A DNA stretch of 59,182 nucleotides, counting the filler, from Asterionella formosa (taxonomy: Eukaryota), in NCBI GenBank assembly GCA_002256025.1. It is 5 parts of 5 records of this genome, joined end to end, with 100 filler letters (N's around TTAATTAATTAA, not from the genome) between each part and the next. Parts side by side here need not be neighbours in the genome. Positions count along the whole stretch, not along the records: positions 35,604 to 47,348 come from NKIB01008199.1; positions 47,449 to 59,182 come from NKIB01008202.1; 3 more parts are not named here. The stretch is one strand, 5' to 3'. Below, piece after piece: positions 36,076 through 47,699 of the stretch. The translations under genes and the position numbers were made by a program. The stretch's first letter is position 1. Every line of letters begins with the position of its first letter. The notes under the pieces were generated by a model. It was given only the letters and a program-made list of their open reading frames with translations. It did no database searches and was not told the DNA's origin.

Positions 36076-36780
36076 ATGAAACGCACAACACTGCATCTCT
36101 CCGTCCTGCTGTTGCTATCTAGTCTTGATGCGATGACTGATGCGTTTTCATTTCCAGTAACATTACTCAGGCGAGACTTTGTCTCGTGGTCACTGGCCAT
36201 CATCGGAGCACCTCTTGTTGCGCCAGCCTTTGCTGTGGGCGAATCGGACGGTGTTACCCTCTTCACTCTTCCTTCCGGCCTCAAATATATTGACATCAAA
36301 GAAGGTACTGGTCCCTCGCCTCGCTATGGGCAATTATGCGGTATCAAGTACACGGCCTACCTCAAACTACCCGACGCAGAAAAGGAAAAGTACGACAGCA
36401 ATACTTTTCTTCTCAAACATGGAAACGGTCGCATGATTGCCGGATTAGACGAAGGCTTACATACCATGAAGATGGGAGGCTCTCGCCGTATTATCATTCC
36501 TCCCAAACTAGGTTTTGTGGAAGGTGATCTTGGGCCCATGCCTGAATACCCCTGGGATCGACGAAAGTTAAATAGTCTCTTGACAAAAATGGTGGAAGTC
36601 AGATCGGGAAATTTAATTTATGATGTGGAATTATTGAGTGTGATCGATGATGAAGCGGATCAAGGATATTATGAAGATTTATCATTGACGCCAGAACAGT
36701 TTAGTCAGTTGCGTGACAACATTCAACGAAGTGCTCAAGAGGCCCTGTCTGTGCGACCAGAGGGAATCAGTGATGCGTAG
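36076..36780 (+). CDS. FKBP-type peptidyl-prolyl isomerase, plastid thylakoid lumen-targeted
   Basis: TLPSGLKYIDIKEGTGPSP, GNGRMIAGLDEGLHTMKMGGSRRIIIPPKLGF, LIYDVELL. Presequence: hydrophobic signal, DAF, RR, hydrophobic stretch, AFA. In-frame upstream ATG at 36031 is an alternative start. Confidence 0.93.
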   Translation: MKRTTLHLSVLLLLSSLDAMTDAFSFPVTLLRRDFVSWSLAIIGAPLVAPAFAVGESDGVTLFTLPSGLKYIDIKEGTGPSPRYGQLCGIKYTAYLKLPDAEKEKYDSNTFLLKHGNGRMIAGLDEGLHTMKMGGSRRIIIPPKLGFVEGDLGPMPEYPWDRRKLNSLLTKMVEVRSGNLIYDVELLSVIDDEADQGYYEDLSLTPEQFSQLRDNIQRSAQEALSVRPEGISDA

Positions 36781-37429
36781 CCAAAATTTAATTGCTACAT
36801 GGAATGGTAACCAACTAATGTCATTTGAGATATTCGAATGGTCAAGCTCTGCTGTTATGGACCCAATCCCAGATGAAAGAGGATGGAAAATTACGTGATA
36901 ACGCGATATAAAATGATTACTCCCACTCGCCTTCTGATGACTTCTGTTAGTGTGCCGTGGACGATCAAGACAACAAATTACGGACTTAATACAAGTGGAC
37001 AGACTTTGTTGCCCAGTAAGAAACTGCTGCTGTAACCAACTGAGTTTTTCTATTCATTTGATTAGCAACTAGAATTTTGCGAGAAAAAACTTCCAGGTCT
37101 TGTTAATCAAAGGTGTCAGCAGGTTTTGAACATGTTAATTCACATTGAAAGTTTACCATGTCCTGAGATATGAACTTTTTAGGGGGGTAAAATTTGCTGG
37201 GAATGGGTCACAAACATTTTTATATATTTGAAAATAATTTTATTTTCCATGTCGATCACAGATTACACAGTTTGATTTTTACAAAAATATTTCAAGACTT
37301 TTTGCATCTGGATTAGAGTATGCATGTATTAACATCAGCTGCACAACACAAAAATACCAGTACGGCCAAGCATTAATGTTAAATCCTGGCACCAACCAAC
37401 ACCACTACACCACTGTCCTTGGTATACTC

Positions 37430-39100
37430 ATCCCCCAGTTGCTGAGCCACTGACCTCCCACCAGCACAACATCAATAGGTCGAATGATTTTGGATATGAA
37501 GGATGCTGTTCTTCATGGTAACAAGTCTCCAAGTATCTTTGTAACAAGTTCTGACTGCCTAGTTGTAGGAAGTGGTGCATTGTGGTGGTTGCACTTGCAC
37601 TTGCACCAGCCATATCACCATTTTTTTCAGTTCCCCTAAATTGTGGCTTTCAGCTTCCTTTCCAGTTCCTCTGATGGCCTGCACCTTCTGTGACAATTTA
37701 TAACCGTTGATTTGATTTCTGCTCCTTCACCTGTTCCTTGTGCTCAAAAGCGGTTATCGTAGACAAGTGCTTCCTGCAGCAAAGTAAAGTCCTGCAGTCA
37801 TTGATTTGTGTGTGTTTATTGCTGCCTGTGTCGTTCGCTATATTTTCCTGGCATAGTCTGCTTCCTCATCAATCCCATTTCTCAAGCAAATCAACTCCGT
37901 TAAATTATTCCTCAATTTAATTTGTGAGAGTTCCAGAATGTCCTTCTTGCAGGTTGAGCTGGTCAGCAGCAGGTGTAATCGAGGTTCGAGTAACTCTTTG
38001 TTTGCGTGAGGTGCATCTTGAAACATCTACTCTGTTCCATTGAATCCCCAACTTGCTAGTAGGATGTTACACAGGGGAGAAAACCCAATCAAAACATGAC
38101 ATGACTGGAGAGGATTGATTACAATGAATTCAAGGAACGTTATGTTGAATTGGGATCTATGTACATCGAGCATACTAAGGAAGGGCGGGATGACATCAGA
38201 CCGGCCTGTCAAATGAGTTTGCAGAATCAATTTGTTTGATAATTCCAGTCAGAAGTTCAACATTGATGGGACCAAATCATAACAACAACACTAAGTGGAA
38301 ATGTGATTCCATTTAGCATGGCTGCATACAGGTCCCTGTGGGTAGTGCTTGCAAGGTCTGGTGTTGACAGGTACTAGGTTGTCAGGATATCCAACCCATT
38401 CAGCAAAGCACAAGGTATCAATTGAAAATAATTTCCAACTGTTTTGCAGTGAAAGTAATTGCACACATTACATGGCAACCGTCAGCATCAGTAAACCTAA
38501 CATAGTGAAGTGCTGGGCATTCTTGAGAGCGCATTTTTGATGGAGGAGCTAGTCTTCCAGCTGCATTGACCAAAAAGTGCTCACACCCAGCCAATGTGAC
38601 CATCCTTTGCCTGGCTTGTTTTGCATACAAGAAAAAGCAGCATGTCTGGTCTTGACAATTTTGGATTTGTTTATAATCCGAATGCCTCCCCTTCAGTTTC
38701 AACTACAATTCCTGTTCCAGCTACTCACCAATCTTTCACTTCACCATCTCTTTGTGAATTTCAGCATACATTCTTACTTCGAAGTTCTATTGGTAGATAC
38801 ACCAGTCCTCCTATTTCCTATCAAACTTAACACTTTTTTGCCTTCATATTCAGCGCAATCCACTTCATGAATCTTTGTCAGTATCTTTTCTCACCCTCCT
38901 TTTTAACCGCTTCTCATTCCTGATTGAAATACAATGCCTATGACTTCAGCATTGAATGGTTTCCATTATTTACTTTCTGGGTGAAAGTTATTTTGCAAAA
39001 TGTAGTCCCTCCTGTCATGTGATGGCAAAACGAATTTTAATCAACCAGTCAATGAGCTCCATGATGTAAGGTTCCACTTCCAGCATAGGTGATATTCAGA
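37430..39100 (-). mobile_element. Heavily decayed pogo-like (Tc1/mariner superfamily) transposase
   Basis: Fragments NFEVRMYAEIHKEMV, HYVRFTDADGCHVMCAITF, GPINVELLTGIIKQIDSANSFDR, PFLSMLDVHRSQFNITFLEFI (LDGHxSRF-type) lie in the expected order across many frameshifts. Confidence 0.65.
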
Positions 39101-40287
39101 ATGCCATGCTGTGTTTGTACCATGTTCATTGTTTCATTTTGTTTGCATTCTAATTGTTTCAAAATTAACAATGCCAGCAGGAGTAAGTAAGAATACCAAG
39201 CGCCACTTTTCTCTCAATACTATACAGTGAAATGGGTTTGCTTGACTCATGATGATTCTCTATGCCAAATAAAGTGATCGCCCCCGAAATGGCTAGTCTT
39301 TATAGCATAGAATCAAAAAACTGAAGTTCCTTTCTGCAGTTTCTCGCCAGATCCTATACACTGACATTATATAGAGTTGACCTATACCCCTACTTTGATC
39401 AATGACTGTATCTTAGCATATGGAAAGGGTGTATATTGGTGAAAGCTTTGTTTAGTGATATACATTTAAATTTTACTCGCGAGAAGTGTTTGTTTGACTA
39501 CTCTGATTTAATTTTTTATTTTAACCCTACCTCTAATATAATGTTGAAATGCAGGAACCTTGTTAGCAAGTGACCATTACAGCATACCGTGTAAGTTTTA
39601 CTTTCGGCAAAATGACCGCAACGTGTAGGCACATAAAAGCAAAAATGTATTTCTACCGGCACAAATTTTATACATAAATCATCTGCTGTACTGGACCAAA
39701 CAACCTCGGCAGGAGACAGTAATAAAGTACTCATTCAGTTGGGACGGTACCAGGTATCAGCTACCAGGTCTTTAGTATCGTATATATACACGGTATACGG
39801 AGAACATAATATAGTATGATAAAATAGGAGAAATGCGTCCACAGCAGATTACCGATACCAGGTACCAGGAACCAGGTACCTGGTATCGGTGCTCGGATTA
39901 TGGCACTTTGTACGAACGTACGCAATACAGAGTGTCCCCCGACATAAAATGCTTTACACAATCCATCACATACAGGCATAACGACGTATATGTATTCACT
40001 TGTTTGAGTAAACCAACCCTGACACTTTGATTCGCTTGCTTGCGATACCGTCGTCATCTGAGCATTAACCATCATTCTGGTACATACCGCTTCTAGAAAT
40101 AGAGCAAATTTCGCCAAGTAATACAAAAGCAAACCAAGAAGAAGAGCGGTTCGGACCTTTGACCTTGTGGTTGACACTTCCTTCCTCATAAAAATCAATT
40201 CACGTAGAAGTTGGTACCTTGTCATCGTAGGCACGGGAAAAGCAACCTCTTCGTTGCTAATCTAGCTATTGCTCAATTAACGTGGCC

Positions 40288-43269
40288 ATGGCCATGAGAA
40301 GCAGTGCTCGAAAACGACAAGCTAAACCTAATGGGATTCGAAATCTGTCGCTAGTTCCTGATGAGATTCACACAGCGCAAGTTCCTTGCTGTGAGCTAGT
40401 CAAGGAAGTGACCTCCGATATCCTCCCGGAAGCCACTGAGAAACCGAGAACACCAGAGACTGATGGAAAGGCGAGATTAAGTGCATCGTCCGATCCATCG
40501 CTGTTCGGAATGCTGCTGCGGAATCATTTAGTGGAGCTACGGAAAAATCAAATTGCAGAGACTCTTGGCAGCAAGAAAAAACGAAGACGAAAAAAGAAGA
40601 AAAAGGCCTCTGATTCGCCAACACCAGATGAATCAGGGGAGGGTACTGCTTCTTTGACACTGAATATGAAAATTGCATCGGAGCTAGGTTTTTGTAAAGG
40701 TCAAAATGCTCCTGGATCACCGTCCGATCTCCCTTCCCCTTTTGAAGACTCAAATATACCCGAATCTAAAAATGTGGAAGTTGTGGTGGGTTGGATAGAC
40801 AAGATTATCGCAGAAAGCCCGACAGTGACGGAAATACCGAATCGCAATCTCGCTAGTTTTGTGGAATCGATAGGGGAGGTTAGTCCCACGATTTCGGTTG
40901 ATGAAATTGCAGACGACTTGCATCGAGTCGCATGCGAACGTTGTAAAAAGCAAGCGGAAAAATACTGGCGATCAACGGGCATCCCATTTCATGAACTGGG
41001 AATTATTTCGGGAAACGGGGAAAATATGGACAATCGACGGATGTATTTGCACCCTAACATGATATCACCGTCGCACTTGGCTTTGCCTGTTACTGGGATG
41101 GAGGACGATTCTTTCCAAGGTGCCTTTGACTATGTCACGTTAGAAGAAGGATTCGGGCCTACCGAAGAGTACGACGAGGGTGCTTGGTTGTTGCAGTCCA
41201 CGATTGACCATGCCACAACGCGTCCATCAGAACTCGTCATGCAGCAACCTCTGGATCTATGTGGCGTTTTGCGATTGACGCGTGACTTGATTTTGCCTTG
41301 TGGTCTTCCCGCGATCGAGGATCAGAATTCGTATATTCTGACCGATAAAGAGTTTCATTCGATTCTGAAGCGGAAGAAAGAACTGGAGATTCCAATTGCT
41401 AGTAAATTGAGAGACTTGAATGCAAAGAAGGATGATATTCAAAATGACCTTTTCGAAATAGGTTCATCGCGAAATCAACAAGTTGATGTGAACCTTCGGA
41501 ACTCTATCCAAGAAATTGATAAGAAGAGTGAATCTTTATTGAGTGAATGGCTCAAGCTGCTCCTTCTGCTTACGGAACATTATGATAACATCATTGACGC
41601 AGGATGGGCGCGTTCAAAGATTGACCACTTCTGGAAAGTTTTCAGCGAAGGATTGAATCACATCATTCGGGAATCATTGGCACATCAGGCACGTTTGATT
41701 AAAATTGCGCATCCAAATGATGTAATACCACTAATGCTATTGAATGCAGAATCACGGAGAAGCTATAGAATTTTTGTTGAAGAAAAGTTCCTGGCTGTCT
41801 CAACGCTCCACGTCAAGATTTTTCCGTGTTTAGCCCATGAAGAAGGCCAGGAGTCATTTTTGAAGAGTTTGCTAAGCCAAGAGGCTTTTTCTTCTGTTGT
41901 TTCCAAAGAGAGTCCGACTGGAAATTCTGGGCTGAACCAAACCTTCGCAATGCTACTGAGCGCATACATGGCATGTGCAACAACAGTTGAAGAAAATTGC
42001 CACCATGTTAGCGATTTGCTCAGCGCTCTGGAGAAACGTACAAATCTGCTTTCTGAAATTTTGCTTAAGGCGAAGAAAGCGCTTGAAGAGGAACACGATC
42101 TGGTTGATGGACACGTTCCGGTGAATTGCAAGCTGCGCTGGAAAGTATTGCTACAACAATACGATGAGGTCGTGATATCAACAATGCATGACCAAAACGC
42201 GGACGACGACGAAATTGAAAATCATCATCTAGGTAGGGACTTGTCAAAACTGCACATTCGTTCGATCAATATGGCGAGTATTGCCCTGACGCAATGGCGC
42301 CATGTTCGAGAAATGCAACGAACGACGTCGAGTGTCCCCAGATATGGAATCCCGGCTAGACTGAAAGAATGGATGAAAAAAGTGGATTGTAGATACCACT
42401 CTACCCCGCCTGATGAACACGATTGTGTGGGTAATGATGGAAAGCGAAGACTTGCGTGCATAATTGCTTCTCTCTTCTACAAATGGCTTGTTGCACGATG
42501 TAAAGAATGGCACGCAGATCTTATTCATAAAGAGTTGCTCATGGATGCTTTGGTTCTCAACGACGTCGATGCAAACGAACTCAAAGTAAAACTTGTAAAT
42601 AGGAAAAAGAAGAAGAAAAAAGGGATAATCACTGAATCATTATCGTTTGAAACTTTTGACGGAGATCAAACTGACGAAACACTGATAATGCAAGAACAAA
42701 CTGGTTTTAAAGAAAGGAAAACAAAAGATGCAAGCCACATTTTGCTCAAGGGTATGAATGGCAGCAATGGGTCTAAAATTGGGTTCAAAGTTGAGGCACT
42801 CACATACGATGCCAAGACTGTCGCTTACGACAACGCTTGGACTCCTGTGGCGATCAAAGAGTTCAAACTAAAATTGAAGTCTCCCGATTCGTTGAAAATC
42901 GTATCGGAGCCCGAAACCCTCCCTGAGAAATCCAAGGTGGGAAAGGTGGAAGAAATCAAGACACCATCTGATGGAGAATCCGAAGGTCATGGAATCGCTG
43001 AACCATTTTCTCACACGGGAAACCTACCTGAGACAACGGTGATGAGCAGTGCTGAAGAGTCGGTGGAAATGCCTTTGGAAAGTACAAAAGAAGACTACTT
43101 AAATAAAGAATCCAATGGTTGGCTGCAAGAAGACGACATCCAAATGAATGAAGTTGGCGTTACGAGTCGAAACGGGTTCAAGCGTGCCGAGGAATATCTG
43201 GTAGCGAGATTCGATGCTGTTGTCGAAAAAAGCAAGAAATCGAACAAGATAAAGGTTGTATACCTCTAG
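40288..43269 (+). CDS. Large hypothetical protein (~990 aa), helical/coiled-coil, with poly-basic NLS-like runs
   Basis: Uninterrupted 3-kb ORF; KKKRRRKKKKK and RKKKKKK; CERC; no family recognised. Confidence 0.85.
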   Translation: MAMRSSARKRQAKPNGIRNLSLVPDEIHTAQVPCCELVKEVTSDILPEATEKPRTPETDGKARLSASSDPSLFGMLLRNHLVELRKNQIAETLGSKKKRRRKKKKKASDSPTPDESGEGTASLTLNMKIASELGFCKGQNAPGSPSDLPSPFEDSNIPESKNVEVVVGWIDKIIAESPTVTEIPNRNLASFVESIGEVSPTISVDEIADDLHRVACERCKKQAEKYWRSTGIPFHELGIISGNGENMDNRRMYLHPNMISPSHLALPVTGMEDDSFQGAFDYVTLEEGFGPTEEYDEGAWLLQSTIDHATTRPSELVMQQPLDLCGVLRLTRDLILPCGLPAIEDQNSYILTDKEFHSILKRKKELEIPIASKLRDLNAKKDDIQNDLFEIGSSRNQQVDVNLRNSIQEIDKKSESLLSEWLKLLLLLTEHYDNIIDAGWARSKIDHFWKVFSEGLNHIIRESLAHQARLIKIAHPNDVIPLMLLNAESRRSYRIFVEEKFLAVSTLHVKIFPCLAHEEGQESFLKSLLSQEAFSSVVSKESPTGNSGLNQTFAMLLSAYMACATTVEENCHHVSDLLSALEKRTNLLSEILLKAKKALEEEHDLVDGHVPVNCKLRWKVLLQQYDEVVISTMHDQNADDDEIENHHLGRDLSKLHIRSINMASIALTQWRHVREMQRTTSSVPRYGIPARLKEWMKKVDCRYHSTPPDEHDCVGNDGKRRLACIIASLFYKWLVARCKEWHADLIHKELLMDALVLNDVDANELKVKLVNRKKKKKKGIITESLSFETFDGDQTDETLIMQEQTGFKERKTKDASHILLKGMNGSNGSKIGFKVEALTYDAKTVAYDNAWTPVAIKEFKLKLKSPDSLKIVSEPETLPEKSKVGKVEEIKTPSDGESEGHGIAEPFSHTGNLPETTVMSSAEESVEMPLESTKEDYLNKESNGWLQEDDIQMNEVGVTSRNGFKRAEEYLVARFDAVVEKSKKSNKIKVVYL

Positions 43270-43404
43270 AGAAATCACCGTAGTAAGATTAGCCCACTTT
43301 CTGATCCGTGAGTGTACTGTAGACGCTATTTTTAAGGCCTCTGGCTGAATTACTGCTCACTAAGCCCGTGTCGAAAAGGACGATGCTCCAGATAAAATCA
43401 ACGT

Positions 43405-44028
43405 TCAAACATTCCCCAGTTGTACGAGCTCATCTAAAGCTGAAACAGACGCCTTGAATTCGTTGATTGGGTCTTCGTAGTAGCTTCTGACCAGTTCCTT
43501 CGTGGCACCCGATGTTCCCTCGGTCGCAATAGGGTTGAAGTTGTTGTTGTAGACAGCCATATCGAGAAAACGAAGGTGTGTAATCACTTCTTCGCGAGCC
43601 TCTAATGCTGCCAACTCGTCTCCACCAGCATTTCCAACCGCCTCCGCATAATTGGGCAATAGAGTTTTGCTGCCCTTGGCCCAGCAGTCGGATAGTGGAG
43701 GTTGAATTAGAATGGCTCGCACAGAATCCCATTTCTCGGCCTTAATGAGCCCAGGAATCGGTTCTAGTTGTCTTCGAGCTTCTTTCAATATAGGAATAAG
43801 TTCTGGGAGTGATTTTGGTGCATCTGCCCGAGCTGGAAGCGCCGATGCTAGGCTAGCGATCCCGACGAACGAGAAAATCTGCCGCCGAGACATTGTCACT
43901 TGCTCAACGCTTGGAATCTCTACCTTCTGGATTGAAAACGATTCCACGTAGCATAGTGATACGAGTATGATACAGACTAGTCTCGTTGAAGAGCGAATTG
44001 TGGTGGTAGTCCAGAGCGTCGACATCAT
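43405..44028 (-). CDS. Thylakoid lumen protein, PsbQ-like helical bundle
   Basis: Signal peptide ending VES-F, twin-Arg SRRQIF, ARA cleavage site; mature part with LIKAEKWDSVRAIL and YYEDPINEFKASVSALDEL. Confidence 0.75.
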   Translation of the reverse strand: MMSTLWTTTTIRSSTRLVCIILVSLCYVESFSIQKVEIPSVEQVTMSRRQIFSFVGIASLASALPARADAPKSLPELIPILKEARRQLEPIPGLIKAEKWDSVRAILIQPPLSDCWAKGSKTLLPNYAEAVGNAGGDELAALEAREEVITHLRFLDMAVYNNNFNPIATEGTSGATKELVRSYYEDPINEFKASVSALDELVQLGNV

Positions 44029-44634
44029 GGTCAGGAATTGGATTGCTGGTGACAGCGATTCTATTGATATGCAATTGCTGAAGGCAATACACGCCCGAGG
44101 TGGGGCGCCACTCGTACGGTCAACCTACTCGCGCCACTGAGCCTCGAACACATGTATACTCGCAGGCATGTAGCAGCCGAGAAGGGTATTGTTGAGGCAA
44201 TTCACAACCTAGCTATCGTCAAGCCATTCGCTTTCCTACTGCCCCCTTATTGAGAATAAATGTCATTTTTAGCGGGCTATTGCCCATCATATAAAATATT
44301 TTTCAAATATTTCCTATATTCACATCGAAATTTGCGATGGGTCTGATATTGCCCATCATTTACATATGTACCGTTATCCTCTCTTAATAATATCTCCACG
44401 TATTTTTCCTGTTCTTTTGTGAAGCACGCTCACCGGTACCAGGGTACGGTACTTGGTAGTGATGTACCGGTATGATGCACAGGTGGTACCTGGTAGTCAA
44501 CCGTAAGTCTATTTGTCTGCGAATTGTGGCGACGATGCATACCGGTATATATTTGGGATGTACCGGTATTAGTTGTTCGTTCTTTCCCTGTAATTCAAAC
44601 GACAGCTAGCATTGTTCCTTTGACCTGCAATACG

Positions 44635-45666
44635 ATGACAGGAATCAAGGTCATAACAGTTCATATAGATGATGACCGAACAGTCAAATACACGTTGCGG
44701 GGACTGAAGGACGAAGAAATCCAAGCTTGGGCTCAATTTTGTTCCTCGGTGTTCAGCTACAAGGACAACGCTCCTGCAGCGAGTTATTTTGAACGGCATT
44801 ACTACAATGACCCTCGAAGAGAGGCTTTGTTGATCAGAGTAGCATTTACAGAGGAAGGGAAAATCGTATCATCATGCCGAGTGTTCCGGAAAATTATATC
44901 GGCTGGTGATGGTGAGACTCTACAGGCAGGAGGCATTGGGGAAGTCTGTACCGACATTGATCACAGAAAACGGGGACTCTCCAAATATTTGCTACAGGAT
45001 GCCATTGAAATTATGAAAGTTCGTGGAATGCAAATTTCACTTTTGCACGCAGCACCAGATTTTTTCCCAGTCTATGAACGTGGAGGTGGTTTTGTTTGCT
45101 CAACCAGCAAATGGTCAGCCATATCGATCAGCAAAAGCGATTTACGATCGGACAGCAGAGTGAGGATAGCTGAATTTCCTAAGGATACAGAAAGATTGAT
45201 GAAGTTGCACCAGAAATATTCGGAAAATCGATTTTGCGGCATGATTGTTCGATCAAGGAAATACTGGAATGAATATCTATCGAAAGAACTGGAAGGTTCA
45301 CTCTATGTGCTCGAAGGGGAGTCATTGATTGTAGGATGGCTTTCGGTTCGACCCCGCAGCGGACGCTATCAAGTTCGTGAATTTGGTTGTGATAGCACAA
45401 AAATTTCACCTTGTGATGCCATTTCGGTCTTACTTTCTAGGGCCATGGAAGGAGTCGATCTAGACAGCTTCGAACTTCAGCTACCAACCGCAATTTTTGA
45501 CGAAATACGAGAAGGGAAGCCTACGTTTGTTGACGGTTCGACCGAGCGAAGTGAGGACGACCTAGGTTGGATGTACAAAGCTCTACAAGAAGATTCTCCA
45601 AACGTGATAACACTTACAAAGAATGATCAATACCCTCACTTAATATGGCCAGCAGATTCATTCTAG
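44635..45666 (+). CDS. GNAT-family N-acetyltransferase (Eis-like tandem GNAT organisation)
   Basis: AGGIGEVCTDIDHRKRGLSKYLL (acetyl-CoA motif A), SLLHAA...VYERGG, and MIVRSRKYW in the second half. First ATG in plausible context is 44635. Confidence 0.9.
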   Translation: MTGIKVITVHIDDDRTVKYTLRGLKDEEIQAWAQFCSSVFSYKDNAPAASYFERHYYNDPRREALLIRVAFTEEGKIVSSCRVFRKIISAGDGETLQAGGIGEVCTDIDHRKRGLSKYLLQDAIEIMKVRGMQISLLHAAPDFFPVYERGGGFVCSTSKWSAISISKSDLRSDSRVRIAEFPKDTERLMKLHQKYSENRFCGMIVRSRKYWNEYLSKELEGSLYVLEGESLIVGWLSVRPRSGRYQVREFGCDSTKISPCDAISVLLSRAMEGVDLDSFELQLPTAIFDEIREGKPTFVDGSTERSEDDLGWMYKALQEDSPNVITLTKNDQYPHLIWPADSF

Positions 45667-45899
45667 GAGCCTACTAGTCGAACATTTTGGAAATTAATTT
45701 TTGCAGTGCTCCTAAAAAGGCTAAGTTGATAATCAGTATTCCGGCATTTATATGCAGCCTGTTCTGCCAAAAGCGCACCAGAAAAACGATGATTACTGTG
45801 AACTTCCAAATCAATGGTTGTTTATGCCTTCGCCGTTTCAAATTAGCGAGATTTGATTACTCGAGAAAGTAATCACTACCGGAACTTACTAACAACCAA

Positions 45900-46801
45900 C
45901 TAGGTCATATTAAGAAGTTCGGAATTTGGAATCAGAGTGCCTTGGTCGGCCTCGTCGATGGTTGCATGTATACCTCCCCAAAGAATCAATGCAGCAAAGG
46001 GCGAATCATCTACTGTGTAAGACTTGTGAATGGACCCAATTTCATTGAAGAGATATTTTCCAGGTGAAACTGGTTCCGTATGCTTCCAATGTGCGCTCTC
46101 AACAAGGTGTGCATAGGGCCCTGTCAAATTAGTCAGATTTGGTCCAACTAAAGATTTCCCACATAACCTTTCTGGCCAAGGGCCATGGAAGGGGATTTTC
46201 AGGGGGTCGTTGACTCCAACCAAACGAACCTCACCAAGGGCTCCGCGGAGGGTAAGTTCCAATTCAATGGTGGGATGAGCGTGAAGACCAAATATCTGAC
46301 TGGGTTTTAGGAATAAGACCATAAGTTTAACGGTTCGACTACCATCAGCCCCGGATTTTCCGGTTTCAAGAAAGGCACCAAGGTCTTCTGCTGCGGTAGA
46401 AGCCAAGTACAGCTGGTTGCGAAAGGTGAAATCTCGCAAAGCCAGACGCCAATCCTTGGTTAGACGCTCTAGACCTTGTTCAGCTGTTTCGTTGACCTCT
46501 CCATACCCAGGTGGAAGAAGAATTCCGTTCGTTGAAGGAGGAAAAAGTCCCGCTGAGTCCCATCTTGATGCAGCCGATCTCTGTTTTTGAAGAGCAACAA
46601 CAGCACTAACACGTAAGAAAATCAACGCGGAAGCATTAGCTGTTTCCGTTGAAAACTCATACTTGATCTTACCAGAAGCTTTCCGAGATCTTCCGAGGAA
46701 GGCCAGGTCGCTGGAATGGGACCTTCTGGAGGCACAATCTCACCATCTACCCAACCATCCCAGTCCTCACTTCTTTGCTCGCCGTTGTCTTCACCACACA
46801 T
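45900..46801 (-). CDS. Cupin (RmlC-like) protein, two exons
   Basis: IFGLHAHPTIELELTLRG ... FNEIGSIHKSYT metal-binding motifs. Exon 1 (46801-46673, MCGEDNG...GKLL) joins in frame through a 92-nt GTAAG...CTAAT...ACAG intron (46672-46581). Confidence 0.8.
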
Positions 46802-47096
46802 TTTCTTGATGCTTCATTCAGGGTAGTAAATATGTTAATAGCCAAAGATTTCCAATAATAATTTGGATTTGAATACCGTTGGTATAGAGGTACTGGTATT
46901 CCTATTGGGCTATTATGATTGATGAGAGGGACTCACAGGAACGAAGCCGTGAGGATGAGAAAAGTACCATTACGAACAACGCAGGGCGAAGAATTTTGAA
47001 TCGCTTTAGCACACACGCACCGTCCTGTTGTTACATATATATCTTAATCCGATTCTTTCATGGTAGGCTGAATTCAGTCTAATAGACTACAGTATA

Positions 47097-47177
47097 CTTC
47101 ATTGTCCTGGACCCCCCAATGTACACTGCCGTGACTGAATTTGACTGATTTTACTTAAGGGGCCCAGGACAATCAAG
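47097..47177. repeat. Small inverted repeat, MITE-like relic
   Basis: CTTCATTGTCCTGGACCCC versus reverse complement of GGGGCCCAGGACAATCAAG, 17/19; TA on the left flank only. Confidence 0.55.
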
Positions 47178-47348
47178 AGATTTCCCTTATAATGGACCTA
47201 ATTAAATTTCTTTAGTTCTACAGGATAGCGCACATTTTTCTAAGATGTATTAATATGACAATTATTTCCGTCTTGTGAAAAATGAGAGAGTTCTTCACCT
47301 CGCAAGAAAAACGCGACTTCATGTTGTTATCGGCGATCTCAATTTTCG

Positions 47349-47448
47349 NNNNNNNNNNNNNNNNNNNNNNNNNNNNNNNNNNNNNNNNNNNNTTAATTAA
47401 TTAANNNNNNNNNNNNNNNNNNNNNNNNNNNNNNNNNNNNNNNNNNNN
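47349..47448. other. Artificial contig spacer
   Basis: N44-TTAATTAATTAA-N44. Confidence 0.98.
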
Positions 47449-47699
47449 TTTCTCAAGTTGCATAAGACAAAAGAGTCAAGAGTAGCATTAATTCACGTGA
47501 AGTACCACCACATAATTAACACTCCTACGTAGAACAAATTTCGAAATGTGGCGTATTTCGCGGCTTAGATGTGAGTCATTGGATAGTATCTGACCAATAA
47601 GCCGGATAGATTTCTCAAGTTGCATAAGCCAAAAGAGTCAAGAGTCATTGCCCTCATGGACAGTGTCTGGGTCGTTAATAAGGTAAATTCTAGGATTGG

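Noticed and set aside
37094..39410. Candidate TIRs for the pogo-like remnant (CAGGTCTTGTTAATCAAAG versus CTTTGATCAATGACTG-TA)
   Set aside because: Match is too weak and there is no TA at the left end.
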